Source: a bacterium (GTDB lineage: Bacteria; Bacteroidota; Ignavibacteria; UBA10030). Taken from it: a stretch of 64,000 nucleotides of DNA. This document shows positions 42,277 through 52,868 of the stretch, one piece after another. How positions within the stretch are numbered: position 1 is the first letter of the stretch; each line of letters begins with the position of its first letter. The notes beneath the pieces are model-generated. The model had not been told where the DNA came from. It searched no databases and saw only the letters and a program-made list of their open reading frames with translations. The stretch covers positions 32,001 through 96,000 of the forward strand of contig JAZDJN010000054.1 in the NCBI GenBank assembly GCA_043803945.1, given 5' to 3'. The translations under genes and the position numbers were made by a program.

Positions 42277-44250
42277 ATGTCTGCGACAATGAAACGATGC
42301 CTCAAAATATTTTCAATCCATATTATCCTGTCCAGTATTCTCTTTACGCAATCGTGGAAATATCATGTCGAGTCTCCTGATAAGAAAACAACGATGGTGA
42401 TCGAAGTGAAGGATCAGATCCTCATTTCAATAAATCATCTCGGCCAACCAATCGTGTATCCCAGTCCCATCTCGATGGAGTTGGAGGGTAATGTCATACT
42501 CGGGAAGAATCCAACCGTTGTAAACGTCGAAGCTGATCAAATTGCCAGCGAAATCGAACCGGCGGTTGCAGAGAAACGTAAAGTCATCCACGATATCTAT
42601 AACACAATGAAGCTTGATTTCGCAGGGAAGTATGGTCTGACAATTCGTGCGTATGACGATGGTGTTGCGTATCGATTCTTTACGAAATTACCCGGCGATA
42701 TCGTCGTGAGGTATGAAGAGCTCGTGGTGAACCTTGCCGAGGAAGACTCTCTCTGGTTTCCGCAGGAACAGAGTTTTATGTCCCACTCAGAGCGGTTGTA
42801 TCCTTTCTATGCTGTGAAGTCCATTCAGGATACGCAGATGTGCTGCCTGCCTGCACTAGTGGCGAAAGCAAACGGATGGAAGGTTGCTATTACAGAATCG
42901 GATTTACTCGATTATGCCGGATTATATTTACAGGGAGTTGGCGGAGGAAAAGCTTCGTTGAAATCGAAGTTCCCGCCCTATCCACTCGAAGAGAAAATGA
43001 ATCGTGATAGGAATCTTCGGGTAACAAAAGCCGCAGATTACATTGCGAAAACAAATGGCACACGAGAATTTCCCTGGCGTGTTTTTGGTATTGCAGAGAA
43101 GGACGGTGGACTAATCGAAAATGATATCGTCTATCGGCTTGGAACTCCAAGCAAAATTTTGGATCGATCGTGGATCAAACCGGGGAGAGTTGCATGGGAT
43201 TGGTGGAATGCGAATAATGTCTACGGAGTGAATTTTAAATCTGGAGTGAATACGGACACTTACAAATATTACATCGACTTTGCATCCAAATATGGAATCG
43301 AATACATCATTCTCGATGAGGGATGGTCGATGCCGGCAGATGTCTTCAAAATCGATCCGAAGATGAATCTGGAGGAGTTGTTTGCGTACGCAAAGCAGAA
43401 GAATGTCGGTATCATTTTGTGGGTGCTCTGGAATGCCATAGAATCGGAGACGGAGAAGAAATTGGATACCTTCGTTGAGTGGGGGGCAAAGGGTATCAAG
43501 GTCGATTTCATGCAACGCGATGATCAGAAGATGGTGAACTATTATGAACGGATCGCCAAAGAAGCCGCGAAGCGGCATCTGCTTGTCGATTTCCATGGGT
43601 CGTATAAGCCCACCGGATTAAGCCGGACATACCCCAATGTTCTTACCCGCGAAGGAGTATGCGGACTTGAACATAACAAGTGGTCGGAAGACATCACACC
43701 GAAACATGATGTAACGCTTCCTTTCACACGAATGTTTGCAGGGGCGATGGATTTTACACCGGGTGCAATGGTGAATGCGGCCAAAGGAAATTTTAAGATT
43801 ATCTTCAACCAACCGATGAGTCAGGGAACACGCTGTCACCAGTTGGCAATGTATGTTGTGTACGAAAGTCCTCTGCAAATGTTAAGCGACGTCCCCTCAA
43901 ATTATCTGAAGGAACCGGAGGTGATGGAGTTTCTCGCAAAGGTGCCGACCACGTGGGATGAGACAAAAGCCCTCAATGCCAGGGTGGGAGAGTATGTAAC
44001 AGTGGCTCGGAAGAAAGGGAATGACTGGTACATCGGCTCGATGACCGACTGGACGCCGCGCGACTTCGAGTTGAATTTATCCTTCCTTGATACTGGAATG
44101 TACGAAGCCTTAATTTACGCTGATGGCATGAATGCAGATCGCTATGGCAGCGATTATGCAAAGGAAAAGAAGAGCGTAACAAAGTCTGACCTGCTCAAGA
44201 TCCATTTAGCTCCGGGTGGAGGATGGGTGGGAGTGATTAGGAAAAGATGA
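42277..44250 (+). CDS. GH97 glycoside hydrolase
   Basis: WIKPG..AWDWW, YIDFAS, LDEGW, GIKVDFM, DFHG, MDFTPG. Confidence 0.92.
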   Translation: MSATMKRCLKIFSIHIILSSILFTQSWKYHVESPDKKTTMVIEVKDQILISINHLGQPIVYPSPISMELEGNVILGKNPTVVNVEADQIASEIEPAVAEKRKVIHDIYNTMKLDFAGKYGLTIRAYDDGVAYRFFTKLPGDIVVRYEELVVNLAEEDSLWFPQEQSFMSHSERLYPFYAVKSIQDTQMCCLPALVAKANGWKVAITESDLLDYAGLYLQGVGGGKASLKSKFPPYPLEEKMNRDRNLRVTKAADYIAKTNGTREFPWRVFGIAEKDGGLIENDIVYRLGTPSKILDRSWIKPGRVAWDWWNANNVYGVNFKSGVNTDTYKYYIDFASKYGIEYIILDEGWSMPADVFKIDPKMNLEELFAYAKQKNVGIILWVLWNAIESETEKKLDTFVEWGAKGIKVDFMQRDDQKMVNYYERIAKEAAKRHLLVDFHGSYKPTGLSRTYPNVLTREGVCGLEHNKWSEDITPKHDVTLPFTRMFAGAMDFTPGAMVNAAKGNFKIIFNQPMSQGTRCHQLAMYVVYESPLQMLSDVPSNYLKEPEVMEFLAKVPTTWDETKALNARVGEYVTVARKKGNDWYIGSMTDWTPRDFELNLSFLDTGMYEALIYADGMNADRYGSDYAKEKKSVTKSDLLKIHLAPGGGWVGVIRKR

Positions 44251-44346
44251 GAGTGAAAGAGAGTAAGAGGGTGAGGGGGTGAGAGGAAGATAGGGAGAAA
44301 GTGGGAATGAGAGAATATGTGAATGAGAAAGTGCGGGAGTGGTGGG
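44248..44346. repeat. Purine-rich degenerate ~8-nt tandem repeat (GAGAGTGA-like)
   Basis: Low-complexity G/A tract following the GH97 stop codon. Confidence 0.55.
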
Positions 44347-44606
44347 CGAGCAGAAGTTATCGAGAAAAAAGATTGTGAGAAAAGCGTAGAGACAAGTACG
44401 ATTTTTTTTACATTGGCTTGCGGCTGGGAGGGAGCTTTGCTCCCGACCACAGAGGAAATAAATTCGTTGACAAGCTCGGAGATAAGGCAGACATTTCACA
44501 ATTGCTCACAACTGAAAGAGGTCGGACTTTTGCGAAGATATTCTATCTTTTCCAGAAAAAACCTGATACATTCACACCGTCAAAAATATATGTAGATGAA
44601 TTCAAA

Positions 44607-45902
44607 TTGAAAAAGCTCATTTTACTTCTATTAATCTTTATTACTGCTAATGCCCAGGAATCTCCCGAAGCTAAACTGAAACGCATGCAATGGTTCGCCG
44701 ATGCGAAGCTCGGGATATTCATCCATTGGGGCATCTATGCCGTGAACGGCATCGACGAGTCGTGGTCATTCTACAACGGCTATATTTCGTATGATGATTA
44801 CATGAAGCAGCTTAACCGTTTCACTGCCTCACATTATAATCCGGCATATTGGGCTAAGTTGATAAAGGAGAGCGGCGCACGCTATGCAGTCCTCACGAGC
44901 AAACACCACGACGGCGTCGCATTGTGGGAGACTACCTTCAATGATCTCAATGTCGTAACAAAGACTCCGGCGAAAAAGGATCTGATTCGTCCTTTCGTCA
45001 ATGCTCTTCACAAGGAGGGGTTGAAGACCGGGCTCTATTTCTCTCATCTCGATTGGTCGCATCCCGACTATCCGCATTTTACCAATAAAGAAATCCGCTA
45101 CGTAAACGATTCAATCCGCTGGAATCGATTTCTAGCATTTCAGCAAGGACAGATCAAAGAGCTCTGCACGCTCTACAAACCGGACCTGCTCTGGTTCGAT
45201 GGCGATTGGGATTACTCTGCTGAGCAGTGGAGAGCCAAGGAGACACGAGCGATGATTTCCCAACTCCTACCTAATGCAATCGTGAACTCCCGGATTAATG
45301 GTTATGGGGATTACGATACTCCTGAGAATGGTGTTCCTATTGTTAAACCAAAGAGCCAATGGTGGGAGCTCTGTATGACCATGAATGACTCGTGGGGCTA
45401 TCAGGGGAATGACAAGAATTATAAAACGCCCAATCAGGTCATTCGTATCTTTGTCGATTGCGTCAGCATGGGTGGAAATCTTTTGCTGGACATAGGGCCG
45501 AAAGCGGATGGGACAATATCCGTTGAGCAGGAGAATATTCTCAAAGAGCTCGGCCGCTGGACGAAGAAACACCGGGAGGCTATCTATGGAACACTCGCCG
45601 GCATCCTGAAAGATTACTACTATGGGCCTACAGCCTTATCAAAAGATAGTACACTGCTCTATCTCTTCCTTGATTCAGAACCGAAAGGTCCGATTACCAT
45701 AAAGGGATTGAAGAATAAAGTGAATCGGGTCTGGGTTGTTGGCAATGGTACGAAGATTGAAGCAACAGTCATGATGAAACCATACTGGAGTTCTATGCCA
45801 GGATTGCTTTACATCGACGTACCGAAAAAAGTATTGGATACATACGTGACGGTCCTCGCAGTGCTGTTGGATGGTAAAATTCAACTGCTGAAACCAGAAT
45901 AA
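44607..45902 (+). CDS. GH29 alpha-L-fucosidase (probable TTG start)
   Basis: WF.DAKLGIFIHWG, KHHDG, WFDGDW, WE.CMT, GNLLLDIGP. Confidence 0.9.
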   Translation: MKKLILLLLIFITANAQESPEAKLKRMQWFADAKLGIFIHWGIYAVNGIDESWSFYNGYISYDDYMKQLNRFTASHYNPAYWAKLIKESGARYAVLTSKHHDGVALWETTFNDLNVVTKTPAKKDLIRPFVNALHKEGLKTGLYFSHLDWSHPDYPHFTNKEIRYVNDSIRWNRFLAFQQGQIKELCTLYKPDLLWFDGDWDYSAEQWRAKETRAMISQLLPNAIVNSRINGYGDYDTPENGVPIVKPKSQWWELCMTMNDSWGYQGNDKNYKTPNQVIRIFVDCVSMGGNLLLDIGPKADGTISVEQENILKELGRWTKKHREAIYGTLAGILKDYYYGPTALSKDSTLLYLFLDSEPKGPITIKGLKNKVNRVWVVGNGTKIEATVMMKPYWSSMPGLLYIDVPKKVLDTYVTVLAVLLDGKIQLLKPE

Positions 45903-45909
45903 AATACTT

Positions 45910-46264
45910 GCCGCCAAGACGCCAAGAACTAAACAGAATTTTACTCTACGAGGGTGACTGAAAAGTAAACAAACAGGACTGTCATCCCCGAATGATTCAA
46001 CCTGCCTGTCGGCAGGCAGGTCGGGGATTTGTAAACATTATTCTTTAGGGTAAGACACCCGATAAAAGTCCCGGTATATGGTTTCGCTTCTCAGGAATCC
46101 CGCATTTGCGGAATCCCAAAGAACGGGAAATGCCTTAAAGCGGCACATTCGGGTGAGATATTTTTTTTTGACGGCCTCATGAAATCACTCTTTTATTTCG
46201 ACATCGGAGCGTCGAAATGAGCGGAACAAATAAAACCTTTACTTCCTTGGCGCCTTTGGCGGCC
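45910..46264. mobile_element. 9-mer-repeat element (GCCGCCAAG..TTGGCGGC) enclosing MITE 45950..46178 with nested hairpins
   Basis: Inner ends GAGGGTGACTGAAAA/TTTGACGGCCTC; GTCATCCCCG core; CCTGCCTGTCGGCAGGCAGG insert. Confidence 0.6.
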
Positions 46265-46289
46265 ATCTTTCAAAAAGGAGACATTTCTC

Positions 46290-47192
46290 ATGCAGCACAA
46301 TATCCCGGTTCTCCATGTCTGTGAGCAGACACTCGCTCAAGGCTATGAAAAAGCATTGCTCACGCTTTACATCAACGGTGTTCGACTGAAAACGCAATAC
46401 GACAAACCGGATGACCCGCCCAGCATCGATGCCACAATGGATATAACGATTCTCGAACCGCTCACCGATCCCATGATCCATAAAGCATTTCCCGGAGGCA
46501 TCGACGATCTCAAAGAATATTCGATGGAGCTAATGGGAGCGAAGGATCACTGGGTGAAGAATATCAATGATTCGGCAGATACACGCTGGGAGTACACCTA
46601 TCATGGCCGTCTTGCCAACTATGGCGCGTGGCAGGAGCTTCACAACGGCCGATCAAGTAAAGCGGGTTTTTTCGACATCGATCAGATTGAAGTGGTTATT
46701 AACAAGCTGGTAAAGCAGCCATTCACACGTCAGGCGCAGATGATCACCTGGATGCCGAACCTCGATGTCGATTGCTATGATCCGCCCTGTTTACAGTCAA
46801 TCTGGTATCGTGTAATGGAAGGGCAGGATGGGACCTGGTGGTTGAATTGCAATATCCGTTTCAGAAGCAACGATGCGTGGGGCGCGAACTTCATGAACAT
46901 GTTCGGCTTCACTCTCTTCAGCCGCGATATCATTGCAGCCGGACTCACCGCGAAAACAGGTAAGACAGTGAATCTTGGCCGTTTGAATTGGCATGCTGAT
47001 AGCTATCACATTTATGGCAAGGATATCGAGGCAGCGAAACAAATGCTATTTGACCGAATCGATCTGATTAGTTTTGAGGAGCGAACCTATAACTTCCACG
47101 ATGAATTTATTCAGGAGATGTTCAACGGAGCCGAGGTGACGATTCGGGAAAAAATAAAAATGTACGATCAAACTCATGCAAAGCGTTCGTAA
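46290..47192 (+). CDS. Thymidylate synthase-family protein (archaeal-like ThyA)
   Basis: YTYHGRL, TRQAQ..TW, DPPCLQ, FRSND..GA..N, SYHIY. Confidence 0.75.
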   Translation: MQHNIPVLHVCEQTLAQGYEKALLTLYINGVRLKTQYDKPDDPPSIDATMDITILEPLTDPMIHKAFPGGIDDLKEYSMELMGAKDHWVKNINDSADTRWEYTYHGRLANYGAWQELHNGRSSKAGFFDIDQIEVVINKLVKQPFTRQAQMITWMPNLDVDCYDPPCLQSIWYRVMEGQDGTWWLNCNIRFRSNDAWGANFMNMFGFTLFSRDIIAAGLTAKTGKTVNLGRLNWHADSYHIYGKDIEAAKQMLFDRIDLISFEERTYNFHDEFIQEMFNGAEVTIREKIKMYDQTHAKRS

Positions 47193-47234
47193 GCTGTAAT
47201 AAGAATCCGTAGTTACGCAGCATATCAGAAAATA

Positions 47235-47346
47235 GCCACTGAGTCACCGAGAACACAGAGATATATCTTTAAGTCTTAAATACTTTCAATTTTTTTGTAC
47301 TTCCACTTGTTCTCTTCTTCTCTGGGTGCTCTGAGCCTCCGTGGCT
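47235..47346. repeat. 9-mer-periodic inverted repeat (GCCACTGAGTCACCGAGAACACAGAG..CTCTGAGCCTCCGTGGC)
   Basis: Inverted arms visible in the sequence. Confidence 0.6.
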
Positions 47347-47379
47347 TAGTATTTGCCTGTTTACGTCAAACGTGTTTCA

Positions 47380-49920
47380 ATGAGTATGAACCTTCATTCT
47401 ATTATGAGGCAGATAGTGAAAAGATCATCGATCGTTCAAGCGATTCTTCTACTCGCTGCTATTGTTCCATCTTCATTACTCTTCTCACAAACATTGAAAG
47501 AGGCAATGGCGATTCGAATTCCCCGGCAGTTCCAGCGGTCGGTGCTTGCCATCGATCCCATCGAAGGAAAACTTATTACCGGAACATGGAAAGCTCCCCG
47601 AGAGGGAGATATTCAGATCTTTGGCAGTACAGATACTTCAAAATGGGAAAAGGTCGCTGCGGATTCGAACGGCTGGTTTGCAGGAAGAATGCTCAGTGAT
47701 GGGTATCTCTATACAACAGTCAATTCCGAGAAGAAGCGAATCGTAATTTTTGAAGGGATGGGCAACTCGTACGCGTTTATCAATGGTATTCCTCGGATGG
47801 GAGGGAAATATGCTTCAAAGGATACCTACGAATCCTGGGAACCTCGTTTTGATTACAGCCAGATACCAGTCCTTCTTGAACGGGGAGAGAATGAATTCCT
47901 CATCCGCAGCACACGCGGACGCGTGAAGTTAATACTGAAAGATCCCTCGGCACCTGTTGCATTCAATCCCAAAGATGTGACATTGCCCGATGGACTTCTC
48001 GCTGAGGAGATCGATACCTGGGGAGCGATCGTCATACTTAATGCAACTGAGAACATCCACAAAGGATTAACCGTCGTTGTGACCGGTGAAGGTCTTGAAA
48101 AAACAGTTACGGCAGTGCAGACATTGCAGCCGCTTGCTGCAAGAAAAATTCCTTTCCGCATTAAGGGTGCTGCCCCGCGTGTTGAAGGGAAAGTTGTTCT
48201 AACACTTCAACTTTTTCTGAAGGATGGCCAGAAGGAGCAGTTGCTCGATACGAGGACTCTGGATCTGGTTATCAAGCATCCGCTCAAGAATCACAAACGA
48301 ACATTCATCAGTAAGATTGATGGCAGCGTACAGTACTATGCCGTGAATCCGGCACAGAATATCGATCCGAAATTCAAACCGGCACTTCTGCTCACGGTCC
48401 ATGGTGCTTCGGTGGAGGCTGTGAACCAGGCAGGATCGTATGCGAGCAAGACGTGGGTGCATATTGTAGCGGCGACAAACCGGCGCCCGTATGGATTCGA
48501 TTGGGAGGATTGGGGAAGGATCGATGCTCTCGAAGTACTGGATGATTTCAAGAACCGTTATCCGGTCGATGAGGAGCGTGTGTATCTCACCGGTCACTCA
48601 ATGGGGGGCCATGGTGCCTGGATACTTGGAGCAACTTACCCGGATAAATTTGCAGCTATCGGTCCGAGTGCTGGATGGATCAGTTTCCAAACGTATGCAT
48701 CACGACAAAAGGACTCGGGGTCGACTGAGATGGAGAAACTGATCGCTCGCTCTATGCTTCCAGGAAATACACTGGCTCTGGCACAGAACTATAAAAATCA
48801 TGGCGTCTACATCTTGCATGGTGATAAAGATGAAAGCGTCCCTGTTGAGCAGGCGCGGCGTATGGTGAAAGTGCTCGGCGAGTTCCATAAGGATTTTGTG
48901 TATCACGAACAGAAAGATGCGGGCCATTGGTGGGATGTGTCGGATGAATCGGGCACAGATTGTGTCGACTGGCAGCCGATGTTCGATTTCTTTGCACATC
49001 ATGCACTTCCTCAAAAGAATCGCATTCGCAAAGTCGAATTTGTCACAGCATCGCCTGGTGTCTCTGCTCAGTGCAACTGGTTACGCATCGAAGCCCAGAT
49101 ACAACAATACGAACTTAGTTTGGCGAGTGTGCTGCTTGATCCAGGAGTGCACCGCTTCACTGGCACAACACAAAATGTTGCACGACTTGCCTTCGATGTC
49201 TCATCCTTCGCAGCGCTGGATTCATTGACGGTGAATTTGGATGGCAATGTCTTGAAAACGACAGTCGCAAGTTCAGTGCAGGGCGAATTGTGGTTAGCGA
49301 GAATCGAAGGCGCATGGTCGGTCAGTACTAAACCAGCTTCAACATCAAAGAATCCCCAGCGGTACGGTGCATTCAAATCTGTAGTTAACAATCGAGTGCT
49401 CTTTGTGTATGGTACGAAAGGATCGGCTGAAGAGAATGCCTGGGCATATGGAAAAGCACGATTCGATGCGGAATGCTTCCAGTACCAAGGCAACGGTGCT
49501 ATCGAAATTATCGCGGACACAGATTTTAATCCAACTGAAGAGGTAAACCGAAATGTGATTATTTATGGCAATGCAAACACCAATAGTGCATGGAAACACT
49601 TGCTTGGAGATTGTCCGGTTCAGGTGAAAAAGGGATCGGTGCAAATTGGAGATAAAATCTTTAACGGTGATAACCTAGCCTCCATCTTTCTCAGACCGCG
49701 GAAGGGAAGTGATATTGCGAGTGTTGGGGTTGTTACCGGTTCGGGTATTGCAGGGATGCGTCTGACCAACACACGACCATATTTGTATGCAGGGTATGCT
49801 CTGCCCGACCTCGTTATTTATGACACAGAGGTCTTGAAGCAAAGCAGCGAAGGATTAAGAGTTGCTGGATTTTTTGGACTCGATTGGAACGTTGAGTCTG
49901 GAGAAATTGTTTATAAATAA
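47380..49920 (+). CDS. Secreted alpha/beta hydrolase (S9/esterase-like)
   Basis: Signal peptide; FISKIDGSVQYY, GHSMGG nucleophile, HGDKDESVP, GHWW. Confidence 0.8.
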   Translation: MSMNLHSIMRQIVKRSSIVQAILLLAAIVPSSLLFSQTLKEAMAIRIPRQFQRSVLAIDPIEGKLITGTWKAPREGDIQIFGSTDTSKWEKVAADSNGWFAGRMLSDGYLYTTVNSEKKRIVIFEGMGNSYAFINGIPRMGGKYASKDTYESWEPRFDYSQIPVLLERGENEFLIRSTRGRVKLILKDPSAPVAFNPKDVTLPDGLLAEEIDTWGAIVILNATENIHKGLTVVVTGEGLEKTVTAVQTLQPLAARKIPFRIKGAAPRVEGKVVLTLQLFLKDGQKEQLLDTRTLDLVIKHPLKNHKRTFISKIDGSVQYYAVNPAQNIDPKFKPALLLTVHGASVEAVNQAGSYASKTWVHIVAATNRRPYGFDWEDWGRIDALEVLDDFKNRYPVDEERVYLTGHSMGGHGAWILGATYPDKFAAIGPSAGWISFQTYASRQKDSGSTEMEKLIARSMLPGNTLALAQNYKNHGVYILHGDKDESVPVEQARRMVKVLGEFHKDFVYHEQKDAGHWWDVSDESGTDCVDWQPMFDFFAHHALPQKNRIRKVEFVTASPGVSAQCNWLRIEAQIQQYELSLASVLLDPGVHRFTGTTQNVARLAFDVSSFAALDSLTVNLDGNVLKTTVASSVQGELWLARIEGAWSVSTKPASTSKNPQRYGAFKSVVNNRVLFVYGTKGSAEENAWAYGKARFDAECFQYQGNGAIEIIADTDFNPTEEVNRNVIIYGNANTNSAWKHLLGDCPVQVKKGSVQIGDKIFNGDNLASIFLRPRKGSDIASVGVVTGSGIAGMRLTNTRPYLYAGYALPDLVIYDTEVLKQSSEGLRVAGFFGLDWNVESGEIVYK

Positions 49921-50000
49921 ACGAGAATAAATAAGCCGCCAAGTCGCCAAGAGCAAAAAGTAGCTTGAGAAAGAGATTAAAAATTTATCTAAGGAGGAAT

Positions 50001-50243
50001 ATGCAAAAGGTCATTCATGTCCACGATGTTTTGGATTTACTTAGATCAACTTCAAAAGACTTTTCATCCGATGGATTACTCTCACACTTGAATGACAAAT
50101 ATGGCCAGAATGTTCGATTTACAAATTGTACCGATCGGCTGCTGACCATCGATCAATTGCTCGGTTTCCTCACCGAAAGGGGTAAGGTCGAGATCAGAGA
50201 TGGGAACGTGATCCTCCTGGCTAAGGAAGCTTGTTCTTCATGA
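50001..50243 (+). CDS. YecH/DUF2492 putative metal-binding protein
   Basis: IHVHDVL..YG...RFTNC..L..FL..RGK; AAGGAGG RBS. Confidence 0.75.
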   Translation: MQKVIHVHDVLDLLRSTSKDFSSDGLLSHLNDKYGQNVRFTNCTDRLLTIDQLLGFLTERGKVEIRDGNVILLAKEACSS

Positions 50244-50759
50244 TGTTCCGGGAACTATCAGATTCTCTTTAATGTTCATAGCAGAGCATTGATACAAATA
50301 TGTAGCTGACTGAAAAAGAAGAAACCCGCCTATTGATGATAGGTTATGAGGTCTTGAGGAAGGCTGCATTAAACATACAATCCCGCTGCATGCGGGATTT
50401 GGTGTTTATAGCGGCTACAGAAACGAACGAGGGGCCGTCCTAAAAGTACCAAACTGTTGCACCCGATCGCTTGCCATTGTACACCCAAAGAGAATCTTTT
50501 TCGCAGGCGGGGAAGAACCGGAATCCAGTTCTTTGACTGTGATCTGGATCCCGTGTCAAGCATGGGATGACATTCTCTTTTCTTGAAGAAGCCATCGCTT
50601 TTGGCGGCGGTCATTCACTCAATCACTTGCTGTTTCACCGCCAGCATCTCTTTAAAATTCTTCCTGATTGAACCCTTAATTTGTTATAATCTTTCCGAAG
50701 AGGTCAGACGATAAGGATGAACAAAAGAGGCCTGGAAAACGACTATCATGTGAAAGCCA

Positions 50760-51308
50760 ATGGAAACGATTGAGAAACTTAGAGAGGAACTGTTAGTAAT
50801 TCGATGTCGCTTGGGTGAACTCTCCGCATATCGAGAGTTAGTCGAGATGTTTGAATCCAGGCTATTGTATTACATCAGAAGAATAGTCAATGATGAAGAG
50901 AGTGCCTACGATATCTTACAAGAAGTGTGGCTTGTCGTGTTACATAGAATTAAGATCCTGAGAGATACGAAAGCATTTCGTTCCTGGCTGTATAAGATCG
51001 CTCATGATAAAGCAGTATCGAAGATTCGTTCTGAGATAGTACTTGAAAAAACTAGAGTGGAATTCCAAATCCACAATTCAGATTTCGTGGAGTGGGAGTG
51101 GAATGTGGATCTGATTACCATAATTCATCGATTGCTTGATCAACTCCCGATTCAACAGCGCGAAGTTTTTATTTTATTCTTCTTAGAAGAACTAAACTAC
51201 GAAGAGATTGCCAAGATTACCGGTACGAATATCGGGACCGTAAAATCCAGACTCTTCTATGCTAAGAAAGCGATACGTGCACACTTAAAGGAGTACAAAA
51301 ATGTCTGA
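50760..51308 (+). CDS. ECF RNA polymerase sigma factor
   Basis: DILQEVW, FRSWLYKIA, YEEIA..GTVKSRL. Confidence 0.92.
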   Translation: METIEKLREELLVIRCRLGELSAYRELVEMFESRLLYYIRRIVNDEESAYDILQEVWLVVLHRIKILRDTKAFRSWLYKIAHDKAVSKIRSEIVLEKTRVEFQIHNSDFVEWEWNVDLITIIHRLLDQLPIQQREVFILFFLEELNYEEIAKITGTNIGTVKSRLFYAKKAIRAHLKEYKNV

Positions 51309-51684
51309 AAATATGCCTTCCAGAGAAATGAAACAACTATTCTACACAGAAGGGACTGAACGACGAGAATCCTTTTCGGACTATCGAGGGGAGGTTGAAA
51401 AAGTAATAGATCTCCACGTTCGAATTCAACGATTGCAGAAGTGGATTACGATACCAATATTTTTGATGCTTATTCTGCTTGGAGTTCTTCTTCTTGTGAG
51501 CTTAGGATGGGTCAGTAATGCTGAATCGAAAATCCAAAACCTCGTCATTGGATTTGGAATTATCACTGTTGCTCTTGGAATGATTCTGCAAACCCAAATG
51601 TTGAGAAATACACTAGATCAAAAAAGAGAACTCTTGGAGATTCAGATACGACTTTCTGAAATTGCTGAAATGATGAAGTCATAG
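51301..51684 (+). CDS. Two-TM membrane protein, probable anti-sigma partner
   Basis: Overlaps the sigma stop codon; two hydrophobic segments. Confidence 0.55.
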   Translation: MSENMPSREMKQLFYTEGTERRESFSDYRGEVEKVIDLHVRIQRLQKWITIPIFLMLILLGVLLLVSLGWVSNAESKIQNLVIGFGIITVALGMILQTQMLRNTLDQKRELLEIQIRLSEIAEMMKS

Positions 51685-51803
51685 GTTTCTTGTGATAACG
51701 ACGATCGTCTGGTTTATTCTCCTTCGATCTTGTGTTTCTTCTCTCACTTCTCATTATATTCCCAAAGCGATCAGATTACTTCCATTACTATCAGCACAGG
51801 TTT

Positions 51804-52328
51804 ATGGAACTCATCCTTTTCATCCTCGGCACAATATTCCTTGTCGTCTTCTCGTGGAAATTTTCTGTAAAGGCCGGCCGCTATCATGGCATCTACCGGT
51901 TCTTTGGTTTTGAAAGTATTCTCGCGTTGCTCCTTCTCAATTACAAGTCTTGGCTCAGCGATCCCGCTTCGATTCACCAGATACTCTCAGTCATTCTTCT
52001 CACCATCTCTCTCTTTGCGGCAATTGCCGCGTTCTATTTCTTTTTGAGGTTGGGGAAATCGGAAGGCCAATTAGAAAATACTACCAAGCTCGTGAAGATT
52101 GGAATCTATAAATTTATCCGGCATCCGATGTATGCCTCACTGATGCTGCTTGGGACAGGGATCTTTCTCAAGTCGATTGATCTTACAACAACGCTTATCG
52201 CCGGTGTCAATATCTTTGCACTCTTTCTTACCGCAAAGAAGGAGGAGAAGGAAATGGTGGCAAAATTTGGCTTTGAATATGAGTCTTATATGAAACGAAC
52301 AAAAATGTTTCTTCCTTATCTCTTTTAA
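51804..52328 (+). CDS. Isoprenylcysteine carboxyl methyltransferase (ICMT/PEMT) family protein
   Basis: LV..GIYKFIRHPMY, EE..M...FG.EY..Y. Confidence 0.85.
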   Translation: MELILFILGTIFLVVFSWKFSVKAGRYHGIYRFFGFESILALLLLNYKSWLSDPASIHQILSVILLTISLFAAIAAFYFFLRLGKSEGQLENTTKLVKIGIYKFIRHPMYASLMLLGTGIFLKSIDLTTTLIAGVNIFALFLTAKKEEKEMVAKFGFEYESYMKRTKMFLPYLF

Positions 52329-52349
52329 TTGATTCGAGATCGTTCAAGC

Positions 52350-52799
52350 ATGCATAATATTATCATTGATATTATTGCGGTTGTGAGTGGTAACATATTC
52401 AATCTGGCTCTTACGGCTCTCTTCACTGCCCGGATCCGTTCGCGTGAGAATGGGGAATATGCCTTCGGCATCATTTCGATGCTCACAGCGATACCGCTCC
52501 TGCTTGTCTCTATCGCAAACCTTGCAGGCATGAGAGAGTGGTGGACCTATGTTTTACCAATCCCTCTGATTATTTTCAGTGTACTTGAATTGATATTAGA
52601 CTACATTCTCAGGTTAAATTTTCGCGAAACCAAATTACTCATTCCCTATCTGTTCTGTCTGTACCTTGGACAGTGGTGGTTGGTAGGATATTCATTTCTC
52701 GTCGATCGCTCGCTGGGGTTCTTCACTCTTGGGACGTATGCAGTGGCTCTCGCTGCCACCTGGCTGGCCCATCGAAAGCCAAAGGTACTACAAGCTTGA
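52350..52799 (+). CDS. Hypothetical multi-pass membrane protein
   Basis: About five hydrophobic segments. Confidence 0.6.
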   Translation: MHNIIIDIIAVVSGNIFNLALTALFTARIRSRENGEYAFGIISMLTAIPLLLVSIANLAGMREWWTYVLPIPLIIFSVLELILDYILRLNFRETKLLIPYLFCLYLGQWWLVGYSFLVDRSLGFFTLGTYAVALAATWLAHRKPKVLQA

Positions 52800-52868
52800 T
52801 TGCTCAGGAGATAGTTTTGAGCACTAAGAATTATGGTAGGACGAACTCATACTGATGAGGAGGCATCC

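Noticed and set aside
44418-44606. Long N-terminal extension of the fucosidase
   Set aside because: A signal peptide starts at TTG 44607; the upstream frame is probably open by chance.
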